Part shown: piece by piece, positions 37,482 through 52,910 of the stretch
Layout: each line of letters starts with the position of its first letter
Numbering within the stretch: position 1 is the stretch's first letter
DNA from: Perkinsus chesapeaki ATCC PRA-425
Lineage: Eukaryota > Protista > Perkinsozoa
NCBI GenBank assembly: GCA_013115145.1
Contig: JAAPAO010000004.1
Coordinates: 160,243-224,242 of the forward strand
Direction: 5' to 3'
Length of the DNA: 64,000 nucleotides
Notes under the pieces: generated by a model
The model's input: only the letters and a program-made list of their open reading frames with translations
What the model was told of the DNA's origin: nothing
The model's database searches: none
Made by a program: the position numbers and the translations under genes

Positions 37482-40400
37482 TTACCAAACGGTATAAGAT
37501 TGACCTTTAGGGATGATATAACTAAATAACAATAATGACTATTATTATTATTATATAGTATATTATTATTACATCTTATCTCCAGGTGCTATTATTAAAT
37601 TATGTCTAGGTGAAGTAATAACATATGGTAATGATGTTAATGGTGGTATTATAGTTGTATTATTATTACCACCACCACCATTCTTGTTGTTGTTGTTAAA
37701 TAATGATGATATATTACTACCTCTATATATACCTATTATTATAATACCATCTTCATAATAATCAAAGAATATTCTTGAATATCTAATAATCAATAATGAT
37801 ATTATTATTAGTTATTATTATTACGGGGCACCCCAATATTTAATTGGGCATTCGATAAGATTAAATGTATGACCATTTAATGATGATCCTGTTATAAAAT
37901 CTTGTATAATATCAATAGTTAAATTATGTGAACTAATTCCTGGTAATTGACATATTATACTTTGAAAAGCGTCATTAGTAATACTAAGTAATAACAATAA
38001 TGATAATAATAATAATACTTAACTATTATTATTATTACATTCGACCGGATGCATATTCTGCTGAATCTCTAAAATTGCTAACAGAACCTGCTGTTTATGA
38101 TGTATAATTATTATCATTATTTTAATAATAACAAGTTACCTCCATCAGGTATCCATCTTGACATATCAGCCATTGTTATCGATCTATGATCTAATAAATC
38201 TAATAGTATTGGTGTTTCTAATGCTTGTGGTGATAATGCACTGAATTATATAATAATATTAATATTATTAATAATATTATTACCTATTATTGCATGTTGT
38301 AAATATAGTAGATTGTTGTAGTGTTTTAAGTAAAGCCGCTGCTTTATTAGGATTTGCTGAATTATTTAAATATTCTTGTATATTATCATTATTAAGTATA
38401 GTTGTTGTTGTTCCTCTATAACTACTTTTTATTATACTCTTTCTACCACCACCAATAAAAGATACTTTTTTGACTCGATTTTTACGTTTCTGTTTCGAGA
38501 TAAGTGTAACAAGTGACCGTATTAATCCTCCAATTCTATTAATCTTGTTGTTATTATTATTACTATAACCACCACCAGCAGCAGCAGCAGCATATAATGC
38601 ATTATTACTAATATTACTACTACCATTAAATATACGACTTTTACTTCTTTGATGATAGCTCATACGTACATATGCATTTGATATTATCATACCACCACCA
38701 GCACCACCAGCACTGCTATTACTCCTACCGCCATCACGACCTTTACTCAATCTTCCTTTTTGTAATGTTATTTGACTATTTCTATTTTGAGATACTGCTG
38801 ATGATGATTCTGACATCCTCTTCTGATTATCATTCATTACATCCTTTGATGTAACTGTTAATAACGACTTTGCTCTGTTATTATCAAGTATTAATGATGA
38901 TGATGATAATGATGATTCAACATTATCCTCTACACTATTACTCACTATTTTACTTGATGGTGTTGATAATAATGATGATGTGTTCTTCTTCTTGTTGCTG
39001 ATGATGTTGCTCTGTGTTGTTGTTGTTGTAATATTACCCTTAATACCCTTAGTATTAGATATCATCATCAATACCGATCTAACATGCCATAATGCTATAA
39101 TAACTTCATCATCATTTTTAACCATATTCTTATATGTGTTGTTCATATTTGTTATTGATGATATACTATTATTACTGCTAGCATTAGATGCCAATACTCC
39201 TACTATATCCAATGGGTTAGTCGTTGTTGAATATGTTGTTGATGTCGATGTATTATTAAATTGTATACCGTTATATGCCTTATTTGTTACTGTTGTTGCT
39301 TGAGTATGCTGCTGCTGCTGCTGGTGTTGTTGTTGTTGATTATTATAGAATGTGGATAATAATCTATTATTTATATTATTCCCATGTGACGGTGATGATA
39401 CATTATTATTAGTAAATATACATATTGATTGTGCTAAATGTACTCCTGCACGTAATAGATCAACTTCATCATGTATAGAACCTCTAATATAAGCAAAATA
39501 AGGTATATAGGAGTTAATGATATTAATATCGAAATGTGCGGTAGTAGTACTATACATACATGTTCCAGTATTATCAAACATACCATCATATGGACTTATA
39601 TGTGATAGACATATAATAAGAGGTAATGACCGGCCACAGTAGTGACAACAACAAGAAGAAGAAGAAGAAGAAAAAGGTGATGATATATCATCATCACAGT
39701 TTGTTGTTGTTGTTGTTAAGCTTTTGAATAAAGCGTATAGGAAATAAGGTAGGTTATGAGATGGGTATCCCAATAATACTATTATTTTAGGAATATTATT
39801 ATTTCCTTTAATTGATCTTGTTGTGCCAACGTCATTATTTTGCATTTCATCTCCTTGTGCGGAATATAATGAACTTCTACTATTATACCTTCCTAGTGCT
39901 TCAGTAATATCGTTACATTCAATACCATTATTATCAATGATTTCTGATATATTATTATTATTATTATTATTGTCATTGTTGTTATTATCCTTATTATCAT
40001 CTAAACGTTCCCTACTTGATGACACACTCTCTGTTATGTTATGTTCATATGTCTCATCTTTAATATTATCGTCACATTTCTTTGCTACAATAATATCATT
40101 ATTATTATTATTCACATTTTTACTATGTCTTCTATACATACCATCTTTAATAATCTTCTGTAATATTTTACCTTTTTGTAACTCAAATGACAATCTCATA
40201 GTAGTTGGATCCAAATCCACTCCACCACCACCACCACCAGCATTACCATTCTTATTAATGCATTTTAATGGGCATTTATGAAGTGACATTGAATAATATG
40301 TCTTATTATTACAATCATATAGACCCGAATGACACGTCGTCGTCGTCGGTGATGATGATGATAACAATGTCGTTGTAGTCGGAATAAGTTTATTATTTCC

Positions 40401-41977
40401 TTCATATAATTTATTCATCTCACTTGCTGCCGTTTCATTACTCTCAGATGTACTATTATTATCATAATAATTACCTTTTAATGCATTCATCATTGATATT
40501 GTTGCTGTTATACGACGTGTTGCTTTACGTAATGCTGATCTTACTGGTGATTCACCGCCTTTATCATTATTATATTCGGGAAATTGTTCATTTAAATCAT
40601 CTTCATAAATAACACTAATACAGTCGTCATCCTCATCCTCATCATCATCATCATCATCATCATCTTGTTGTTGTTGTATTTGATTATTATTTTTTTTCTT
40701 TAATTTAGTTACGCATGATAATGGCCATGTAGCCATATATTGCAATGTCTCTAATGTATAATCATTATCACATAATACTAACATTTCAACATAATCATCA
40801 TCATTCTTATTATCTTCATTCACTTGCTTCTCTGATGATATTTCTTGTATTAATAATGGTGCTTTAAATAAGGTTATAGGATTTGGATTTACTATTAATT
40901 TTCTTCTATAAATTGATCCATTGTTGTTATTATCATGATTAATAGTCGACCCTTTTACTATTGATGATTCTTGTGCTATTAATCCTAATAATAATACACC
41001 ATATGAATGATATAAATGATCTACAGCCCTCTTATATCTTATCATATATATATCATCATATACCAATGCCTTATTACTCTTATTATCATCACAATCATCA
41101 CAATCATATTCATTATTATCAATAGGGGGACATGGTATAACCATTAACCTATATTGTGCTCCTCTTGAATAGTCATTAAATCCACTAATATCATCTTTAA
41201 TAATAGGTGCGCTGCTGCTGCTACTACTAACAGCAGCTGCTGTAGCAACAGCACTACCCACGGTGTTACCGCTACCTATTACTATTTGTTGTTGTTGATG
41301 TTTTGATGATGATGATGATGATATTGTTATTGGTTTATCATATTTTGTAATCATATTAAATATAAGAGTAGGGAATCCTATAATACCAGCAGACTGTTTA
41401 GCTATTATATTTAATTTAAATTCATTCATTGATAATACACCAGCAACACCTTGTGATTTTATTAATTTACTATATTCAATACTATTAACCATAACCATTA
41501 CTCTATTCATCATTTCATCTTTAATTATTATATCACCAATACCCTCACCACTATCGTTAGAAGAAGTATTGAATATTCTTGATAATGCCAATACTCTTAG
41601 ATATGTCAATTTATCCTCAACAATACCATCACCATGTGACGATGAAGATGAAGATGCTGATATTGAAAATATATAAGAATCATTAGTTATTGATGATGTT
41701 GATAATGATGAATTTAATGGTGGTGGTGTTAATATATATATTCCAATAGCTAAATCTAATCTTACTGGTAGTGTATTATTACTACCAAGCATTTTAACAT
41801 ATAACATATTACTACGTTTATATCGACTGGTATTATTATTAGTATCATTATTATTTATTGTTGTTTGTTTATATGATGATATAAAATCAAACTTTCTTAT
41901 ATATAAATGTACACCAAGTGATGTACATATTTCATTTAATTTCTTACACATCTAAATAGTAATAATATATAATAATA

Positions 41978-42009
<32 letters not shown>

Positions 42010-43936
42010 TTATTACCCTTTCATGTGGTAACTCAGTTGTTGTTATAACTAATATTGGTGGTGCACCTTCATATAATCCACTTGTATATATTTCTTTTAT
42101 TATACCTTGTATTTGTATAATATCAATTCTATCACATATTATTAATATATAATATGATGAGCTATTGGGTACTATACCATACCTGCCATAATCATCATAA
42201 TCATCATCCTATTAATATTATCATTATTACTGTAAATTATCTTCAGCTAATATTAACATTAATTTTTTAACCTGTAATGTTACTAAACTAAGTGTTAATG
42301 CAATAAATACTAATACTAATACTCTACCACGTAATGTTATTGGTGCAAAATCACCATAACCAACCTAATAATAACAATTAACAATAATAATTATTATTAT
42401 ATCTATATCTGTAGTAGTAGTATTATTATTATTATCTACTTACTGTTGACATTGTTATTATAAGAAAATATACAAAATCCTCATATTTAATAAAATGATC
42501 TTTACGTCCAATAGTACAACTTTCTTCATTAAATATTGCACCAGAAAACATTAATAATAATGATAATACACCCAATGCTATTGATAATACTTGTCTCCTG
42601 GTCATACTTATATTTGGTAATAATTTCTCAAATGTTGGTTCCATACCATATAATCTTAAAAATCTAATAAATCCATACCTAATGATAATAACCGTGATAA
42701 TAACCTTATAATGATTATATATTATTATAACCTTAAGAAATAGGTATCAGCCACAAAATCCATATTAGCAGCTATTGAACCAATTTTAAAGAACAAGCTA
42801 AATGCCGGCATTGTTAATATATCAGTCCAACATGCAACTGATTTAAAATATTCACTTTTATTACGTGCAAAGTGATAACATATACACCAATCAACATTAA
42901 CCATCCATAAGAATACTCTTTCAATGTGATCATACCATGTACGCTGCCAACTATATGGAAATGATATTATCCAATCACAAGGCTCTAAACCCGTAGGACC
43001 ACATATATCTTCGACTAACCCTTCAATATTACAATCACGAACCCTAATAGATATATTATTAATTATTATACTATTAATATTACATTGACCTTGTTAAAAA
43101 TAAATATAATGTACACCATAATATAGTTCTTATTATACGTGATATTAAATAGCTTTCAGATTCATATATATATTTAAGACCTTTATTAATATTCTTTATT
43201 ATATATATTAAATGTCTTTCTGGTGTTTTAATACCTTTTCTTATATTACGTCCAATACCAAAACCATTACCATACTGTGATGCAGTTGATGATGCTGTCG
43301 TCTTTTGGGATGTTCTATTATTACCTTGTGTTTTATCATTTATTACAACACCACCAGGTAATGATGTGGTATTATTATTATCTTTATCATCATTTGCTTC
43401 TTCGTCTTGTTGTTGTTGTTCATTGTCATCAGTTGTTCTATCTAATATATCTATAGATATAACAGCATTATCATTATATTTTATTACTTTACCATATTTA
43501 AATAAACGGTATCTAATATAATAATATATGATATTACAATATAATATAATTATTACATATTTAATGTTAATCTTATTCCTAACATCATTAATAATTGTAC
43601 TATCATACTTATACCAAAATAACCAAATGATTGTATAATATCTTTTAATATATTATTCCATGTTTCATTAGTACATAAACAAGTACCCACTATTGGTTGT
43701 GATATAATACAATAACTTATTATTAAACCTTCTATTACTGGGTGTGATAAGAATGTGGTATTACTATTAATACCACTTTTAATGTTATTATTTTTATCAT
43801 TTTTAATATCATTATCATATCTAAAATAATATATTATATTATTAATACTACAATATTATTACTTTTTATACCATGGATTACTAGTAAATGATCCACCAAT
43901 ATCATTTATATAATCATCCTCAGATGGGCTTACCAT
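37482..43936 (-). CDS. Calcium-activated (BK/Slo-like) potassium channel, multi-exon with a 3.7-kb low-complexity exon
   Basis: Pore FLIITMSTV/GYGDFAPITLRGR; S4-like region near 42720-42800; RCK motifs YIRGSIHDEVDLLRAGVHLAQSICIF; C-terminal YVITSPRHNLIIAPGDK/IYII. Confidence 0.8.
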
Positions 43937-43999
43937 ATTCAACAGTGTCGTTGATGATGCTGAGTATGCTGCTGCTCCAATATTTAAATCGATTGGAAT

Positions 44000-44009
44000 G
44001 GCGAGCGCT
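44000..44009 (+). promoter_or_regulatory. GGCGAGCGCT motif, copy 3
   Basis: In the divergent spacer between the K+ channel and SERCA genes. Confidence 0.5.
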
Positions 44010-44132
44010 TATTACCCCGGCGGAAGGGAAGGGGGGGAGGGGCCCTTCTTACTCAGTAGTGCTGATAAAGGTAATGAACTAGTACTTGGTTATTATTAGT
44101 GGGTTTTTTGATAAGCATTTCCTATTAATATT

Positions 44133-47744
<3,612 letters not shown>

Positions 47745-47836
47745 ATAATACAATATAACAAACACCAATGATAATAATAATAATAAGTTATTGAGTTATA
47801 TTAGTTAATAGTATGAACGCAATAATAATAATTATA

Positions 47837-48817
47837 TTATTTAATACATATATTACCAAAACATGATAGTTTATTAAATAATATATTACGTTTTTTATAC
47901 CGTTGTTTATTAATGTTAGATATTTTATCATTTATTATTATTGTATCAGTATTATTTATATTATTATATATTGTATTAACAACATTAACATGTATTATAT
48001 CATATAATGTATCACCATAATCTTTGTCTAATGTTATGATAAATATTCTTTCATGAGTTATATTCCTTTTAATACACCATTCATTTATTTTATTATCTAT
48101 ACTACCATCTGCTGCTGATAGTAGTAGTATCTGATGATATTATAAACTATTTATTTTATACTTTATTATTATATCATTACTAATAATATTTCCATTGGTT
48201 TACATTTTTGTATAGATACTTCAATTGCTCTCATATCAATATTATCTAATTGTTTATCAATATCATTATTATTTATTATAGTATATATAATACCACTACT
48301 AATAGCAGTAGTACTAGATGATACATAACAAGGTAACGAATCACTAAAATTAGATATCTAATAATATATATTATTAACATTATTATCATTATTGGGATTA
48401 CCATATTAAACCGTGTTAATGCTACTAATATTTCGTCATTATTATCTAATGTTTTTATTGGAAAATAACATCGTATATCATCATCATCCTCGGCAGTATC
48501 TCTATTATTATCATATAATGTATTAGTTGCTTGTTTAGCTTTATTAGATGTTATTAATGCTTTTATAACATGTTTAATAATATATGATAATGCTGGTTCA
48601 CCAATAATAAAACATATATTAAATCTATAATGTATATCATTCACATCTTCTGGTAAGAATGTTAACTTTTTAGATAATAATAGTCTTTTATTGTTCTTCT
48701 AAATATAATAACATTATTAACATATTATTATAATTATCCTACTTTATTATGTTCTATTACATCAATACCCTTACTATCCCTTAAACCTTCATTAACATCT
48801 CTATTATCAACAAACAT
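47837..48817 (-). CDS. Hypothetical protein, multi-exon
   Basis: ORF 48276-48644 plus flanking open segments separated by GT-AG gaps; no recognised domain; ends approximate. Confidence 0.3.
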
Positions 48818-48883
48818 ATATTGTCATTGAACACACCACACATCACAGAGACAACATCATGTCGATTAGCGCGCGTGATAAGA

Positions 48884-48901
48884 ATCGATCACGTGATCGA
48901 T
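48884..48901. promoter_or_regulatory. 18-bp perfect palindrome ATCGATCACGTGATCGAT upstream of RPL27
   Basis: Seen directly; 77 nt before the RPL27 ATG; repeated at 57179-57196. Confidence 0.75.
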
Positions 48902-48978
48902 ATTTATTTTAGACGGAGTTGATAGAGGGCCTAGACCACGAGTCCAGCGTCTTCAATACCAGTCGACTACTTGATAAG

Positions 48979-49523
48979 ATGGGCAAGTTGTAAGTATCAC
49001 TATATGTAGTATATGGTGTTTTATTATTCATCTTTTTAGTATCCGTGCCGGACGTGTTGTTATCCTACTTAACGGTCGTCAAGCTGGTCATAAAGCAGTT
49101 ATCGTTAAGGTTAATGAAAATGGAACTAAAAGCCATCCTTATGGGCATTGCCTAGTTGTTGGTATTGAGAAACATCCTCAATCTGTTACTAAGAAGATGA
49201 GTATGAAGAAGCAAGATAAACGTTCTAGAGTTAAGACATTCGTTAAGTATGTTAACTTTAATCATCTTATTGCTACTAGGTAATATATATATTATTGTTG
49301 TTAAACATATTATGTTGTTATTATTAGATATACTCTTCCTCATGATATTGATGGTAAAACATTAGTAACTGATGAGCAGATGCAAACTGTTGATGGCAGA
49401 AAGCAGGCTAAATTGAGCTTTGCCAAGTTAATGAAGGAGAAGTTCCAAAAGCCTTCTCTTGAAAAGAGTGGTAACAAACCATCTAAGGATCTTGTATTCC
49501 TTAGAAGGAAGTTACGCTTCTAA
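48979..49523 (+). CDS. RPL27: 60S ribosomal protein L27 (eL27), 3 exons
   Basis: MGKF/IRAGRVVILLNGRQAGHKAVIV...PYGHCLVVGIEKHP...FVKYVNFNHLIATR/Y...FLRRKLRF-stop. Confidence 0.97.
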
Positions 49524-49666
49524 CTTATACCACCAACTACAAGTATATCGACTTATTATTGTTATCATTCTAGGATGATAATAATATACTACGATTGCTG
49601 CTGGGTCTCAAATGTTATTATAAGTGTAGTGTTTAATAGTATTATATTCAATAATAGTAATAAGGG

Positions 49667-51430
49667 ATGTTATTAATAACACATAATAATATCAAATATA
49701 ATAATAAAGCTATTATTAATTGTATAAGGTTATATTCATCTACTAGAAGATCTAATAGTGATATTGGATGCGATATTGATTCATTTCCTGGTTCAAAAGG
49801 GTCTAATATTAAGTAAGTTGATGGTCGTTGTTGTGGTGGTGGTTATGATGTTGTTGTTTTATTATTAGATATTTAGATAATGGTGGTTATCAAAGTTTTC
49901 AAATGAGTGAAGTATTAGATAATGCTGTACCTCGTAATCAGAATTCACCATTAAATCCACCATATGGTTTATATCCTGAATTATTAACAGCTACTGCATT
50001 TACAGCACCTAGACATAGTAATTATTATACATGGTTATATAGAAAATATCCAACAATAACACAATTAATGAGAAATAATAATAATACAATATATGATATA
50101 TATAATGGAAATAATAAGTAATAATGAATTAATATTTACAAGACCAATAATTAATAATAATTGTTGTTGTTAGTTTTATTATTGAAAAGCTTGATAATAA
50201 CAATAGTGGTGTAACACCTGAACCTTATAGATTCATGTCGATGGAAGATAGTGTTAATAATAATAAAGATGATGATAATGATGTGGATTGGGTTGATTCA
50301 TTATTTACTATAGCCTATCATAATGGTGCGGCTTGTGGTATATATGATTTTAATATTAATATGTCTAATAATAATAAGATATTTATACATCACGATGCAG
50401 ATATTATGTTATTGCCTAGAGAAGGTATATTAAACATACGTACAGAGTTAGGGATATTAAGAGGTGGTCCAAGAGAGATGTTATTAATACCGAAAGGTAT
50501 TAAATTTACTGTTGATCATATTATTATAAATAATAATGAAGAAGAATATGGAAAAAGGAGAGCTAAAGGGTAGTATAATAATAACCTACAACTACAACAA
50601 CAGTAGTAGTAGTATATTGTATTATTAGATACTTTTTAGAGAACTTTGGCGCACCATTTAAAATACCAGATCTAGGTCCAATAGGTATATCTGGTGGTTT
50701 AGCCCATCCAAGGCATTTTAGAGCACCAATAGCATCAGCAGTATTAGAAGATAATAATAATACTACTTATCAACTTATATCTAAATTTCAAGGTTTATTG
50801 TAATATATCGTATAATGTTATTGTTATTAATATTATTATTATTTTAGATATAAATCATTATTGAGTAGAGTACCATATGATGTTATTGGTTGGTATGGTA
50901 ATTATTATCCAACAGTATATGATTTAGGTCTATTCATGGCTATTAATTCAGTAACATATGATCATCCTGATCCAAGTATAGGAGTTGTATTACAATCACC
51001 ATCATTAACATATTCACCAGGAACTGCTAATATTGATTTTGTTATATTTCCCCCAAGATGGTTACCTACCGAGAATACCTTTAGACCACCATGGTATCAT
51101 AGAAATGTTATGTCTGAGTTTATGGGATTATTATATGGTGGATATGATGCTAAAAAGGGTTTTAAACCAGGTTATAGTTCTATACATAATAAACTAGCAC
51201 CACATGGACCAGATAGAGCAACAACAATAACAACAACTGCTACTGGTGGATATGATACACCTGCTGCTGCTGATGATGATGATAGGGGTCCTGATAGATA
51301 TAGTGGTACTATGGCATTTATGTGGGAATCAGATAATATATGGATACCTACAAAAAATGCATTAAATTTACTTAAAGATGATACTTATATTAATTGTTGG
51401 ATTGATAATATTAATGAATGGGATAGGTAA
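49667..51430 (+). CDS. HGD: Homogentisate 1,2-dioxygenase with N-terminal extension, multi-exon
   Basis: QNSPLNPPYGLYPELLTATAFTAPR; FKIPDLGPIG; YDHPDPSI; DFVIFPPRW; TFRPPWYHRNVMSEFMGL; PHGPD (metal-ligand motifs). Confidence 0.93.
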
Positions 51431-51754
51431 TAATAATAATAATATATTAATCACAATATTAGATATAGTTATTACTGTACTGCTGTTATTATCTTTATCA
51501 TTAGGTTTAATATTAATAATAAACCAAGTAATCCCAATAGATTACCGTTCAATCCTAATAATACTACTACTAATATGTAGTAGTAGTAGCTCTTTCTCAT
51601 CATTATAATAATCGTTGTATAGATGATAAAGATGATGATGATGATGATGATGATGATGATAATGTTCATAACTATTATCATGTTTTTGATTATTATCTTA
51701 ATAATAACTCTATAATTTAGTATTGAGTTTAGTATTATCATTCTTAGTATTATT

Positions 51755-52769
51755 ATGTCAGCAACACCAACACAGCCTGAAACAGCAGCCTGCAAGGTGG
51801 AGGCACCACCACCAGGAGCAGGAGCAGGAGACGAAGGCAGCGTGCCCTTCTCAACGAGCTGTAGATCAAGCAGCTCATCATCATCAATGAGATATATTAA
51901 TTTTATGGGGCATGATATATCACGTAATAGTGTAGAGAAGGTATTCAAAGGTGCAGTAGGATCATTCGTTATATTAAATACAATAATGGTAATAATAATT
52001 CTTAGTATGATATAGCATTATTGTTATTATTCACTGTCTATCACAGTTATAGCAGTTACTAGCTTAGTTATTAGATACCATTTATAATACCAAAGGTTTC
52101 CAAATCTTATCGTGGTCCTCCTTATTTACCAACAAGAGACAAATCAATTAATATTATATTTCATTATCTTATACCACGTAGCGGTATTATAGTTGATAAA
52201 TCAATATTACTAGACTTAGGAAGTGGTGATGGTAGAATGGTTATTAATGCTATTAATAAAGGTAAATTTAGTAAGGCGTATGGTATAGAGATAAACCCAT
52301 GGTTAATATTAATATCTAAACTTAAATCATTAATAATACTAAATAGGAATAATAATAATAATACTACTCATTTTATATGGGGTAATGCATTCGATAAAAA
52401 ACTTATTAAGAGTATTAATCCAGATGTTATTACATTATATGGCAGACCAGGTAATATAATAATAATAATAATAATAACAACTTTTACTATTATATATTAG
52501 GTGACAATGTTATGATGAAATATGGTAAAGTATTAGAAGATATATTATTAAATAATAATAATGACAGTGGCAATGCTGGTGGTAGTAATGGTGCTGCTGG
52601 GGCTGGGGCTGGGGCTGGTGGTGTTATAGTATTATCTAATGAATTCGATATACCAGGATGGAATCAAAGATTAATAGCTGAATCAGATGGTGTGAAGATG
52701 TATAAATTAATAAGAGAAGGGAATAATGTATTAAATGAAAGAATAAATAAGGATGATAAAGAGGATTAG
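51755..52769 (+). CDS. FAM173/ATPSCKMT-like protein lysine methyltransferase, multi-exon
   Basis: PPYLPT; LLDLGSGDGRMV; AYGIEINPWL; VIVLSNEFDIPGW. Confidence 0.78.
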
Positions 52770-52910
52770 GGATACTACAAGAAGGATAATAATAATGACA
52801 CTACCACTGCCGCTGCTTACGATTACGATTACGTTGATGCTTAGTTTCTCCTACTATTTGTTATATTATTATTGAGTTTATTATTATTAGTTATTATAGG
52901 TTTACTCAAT

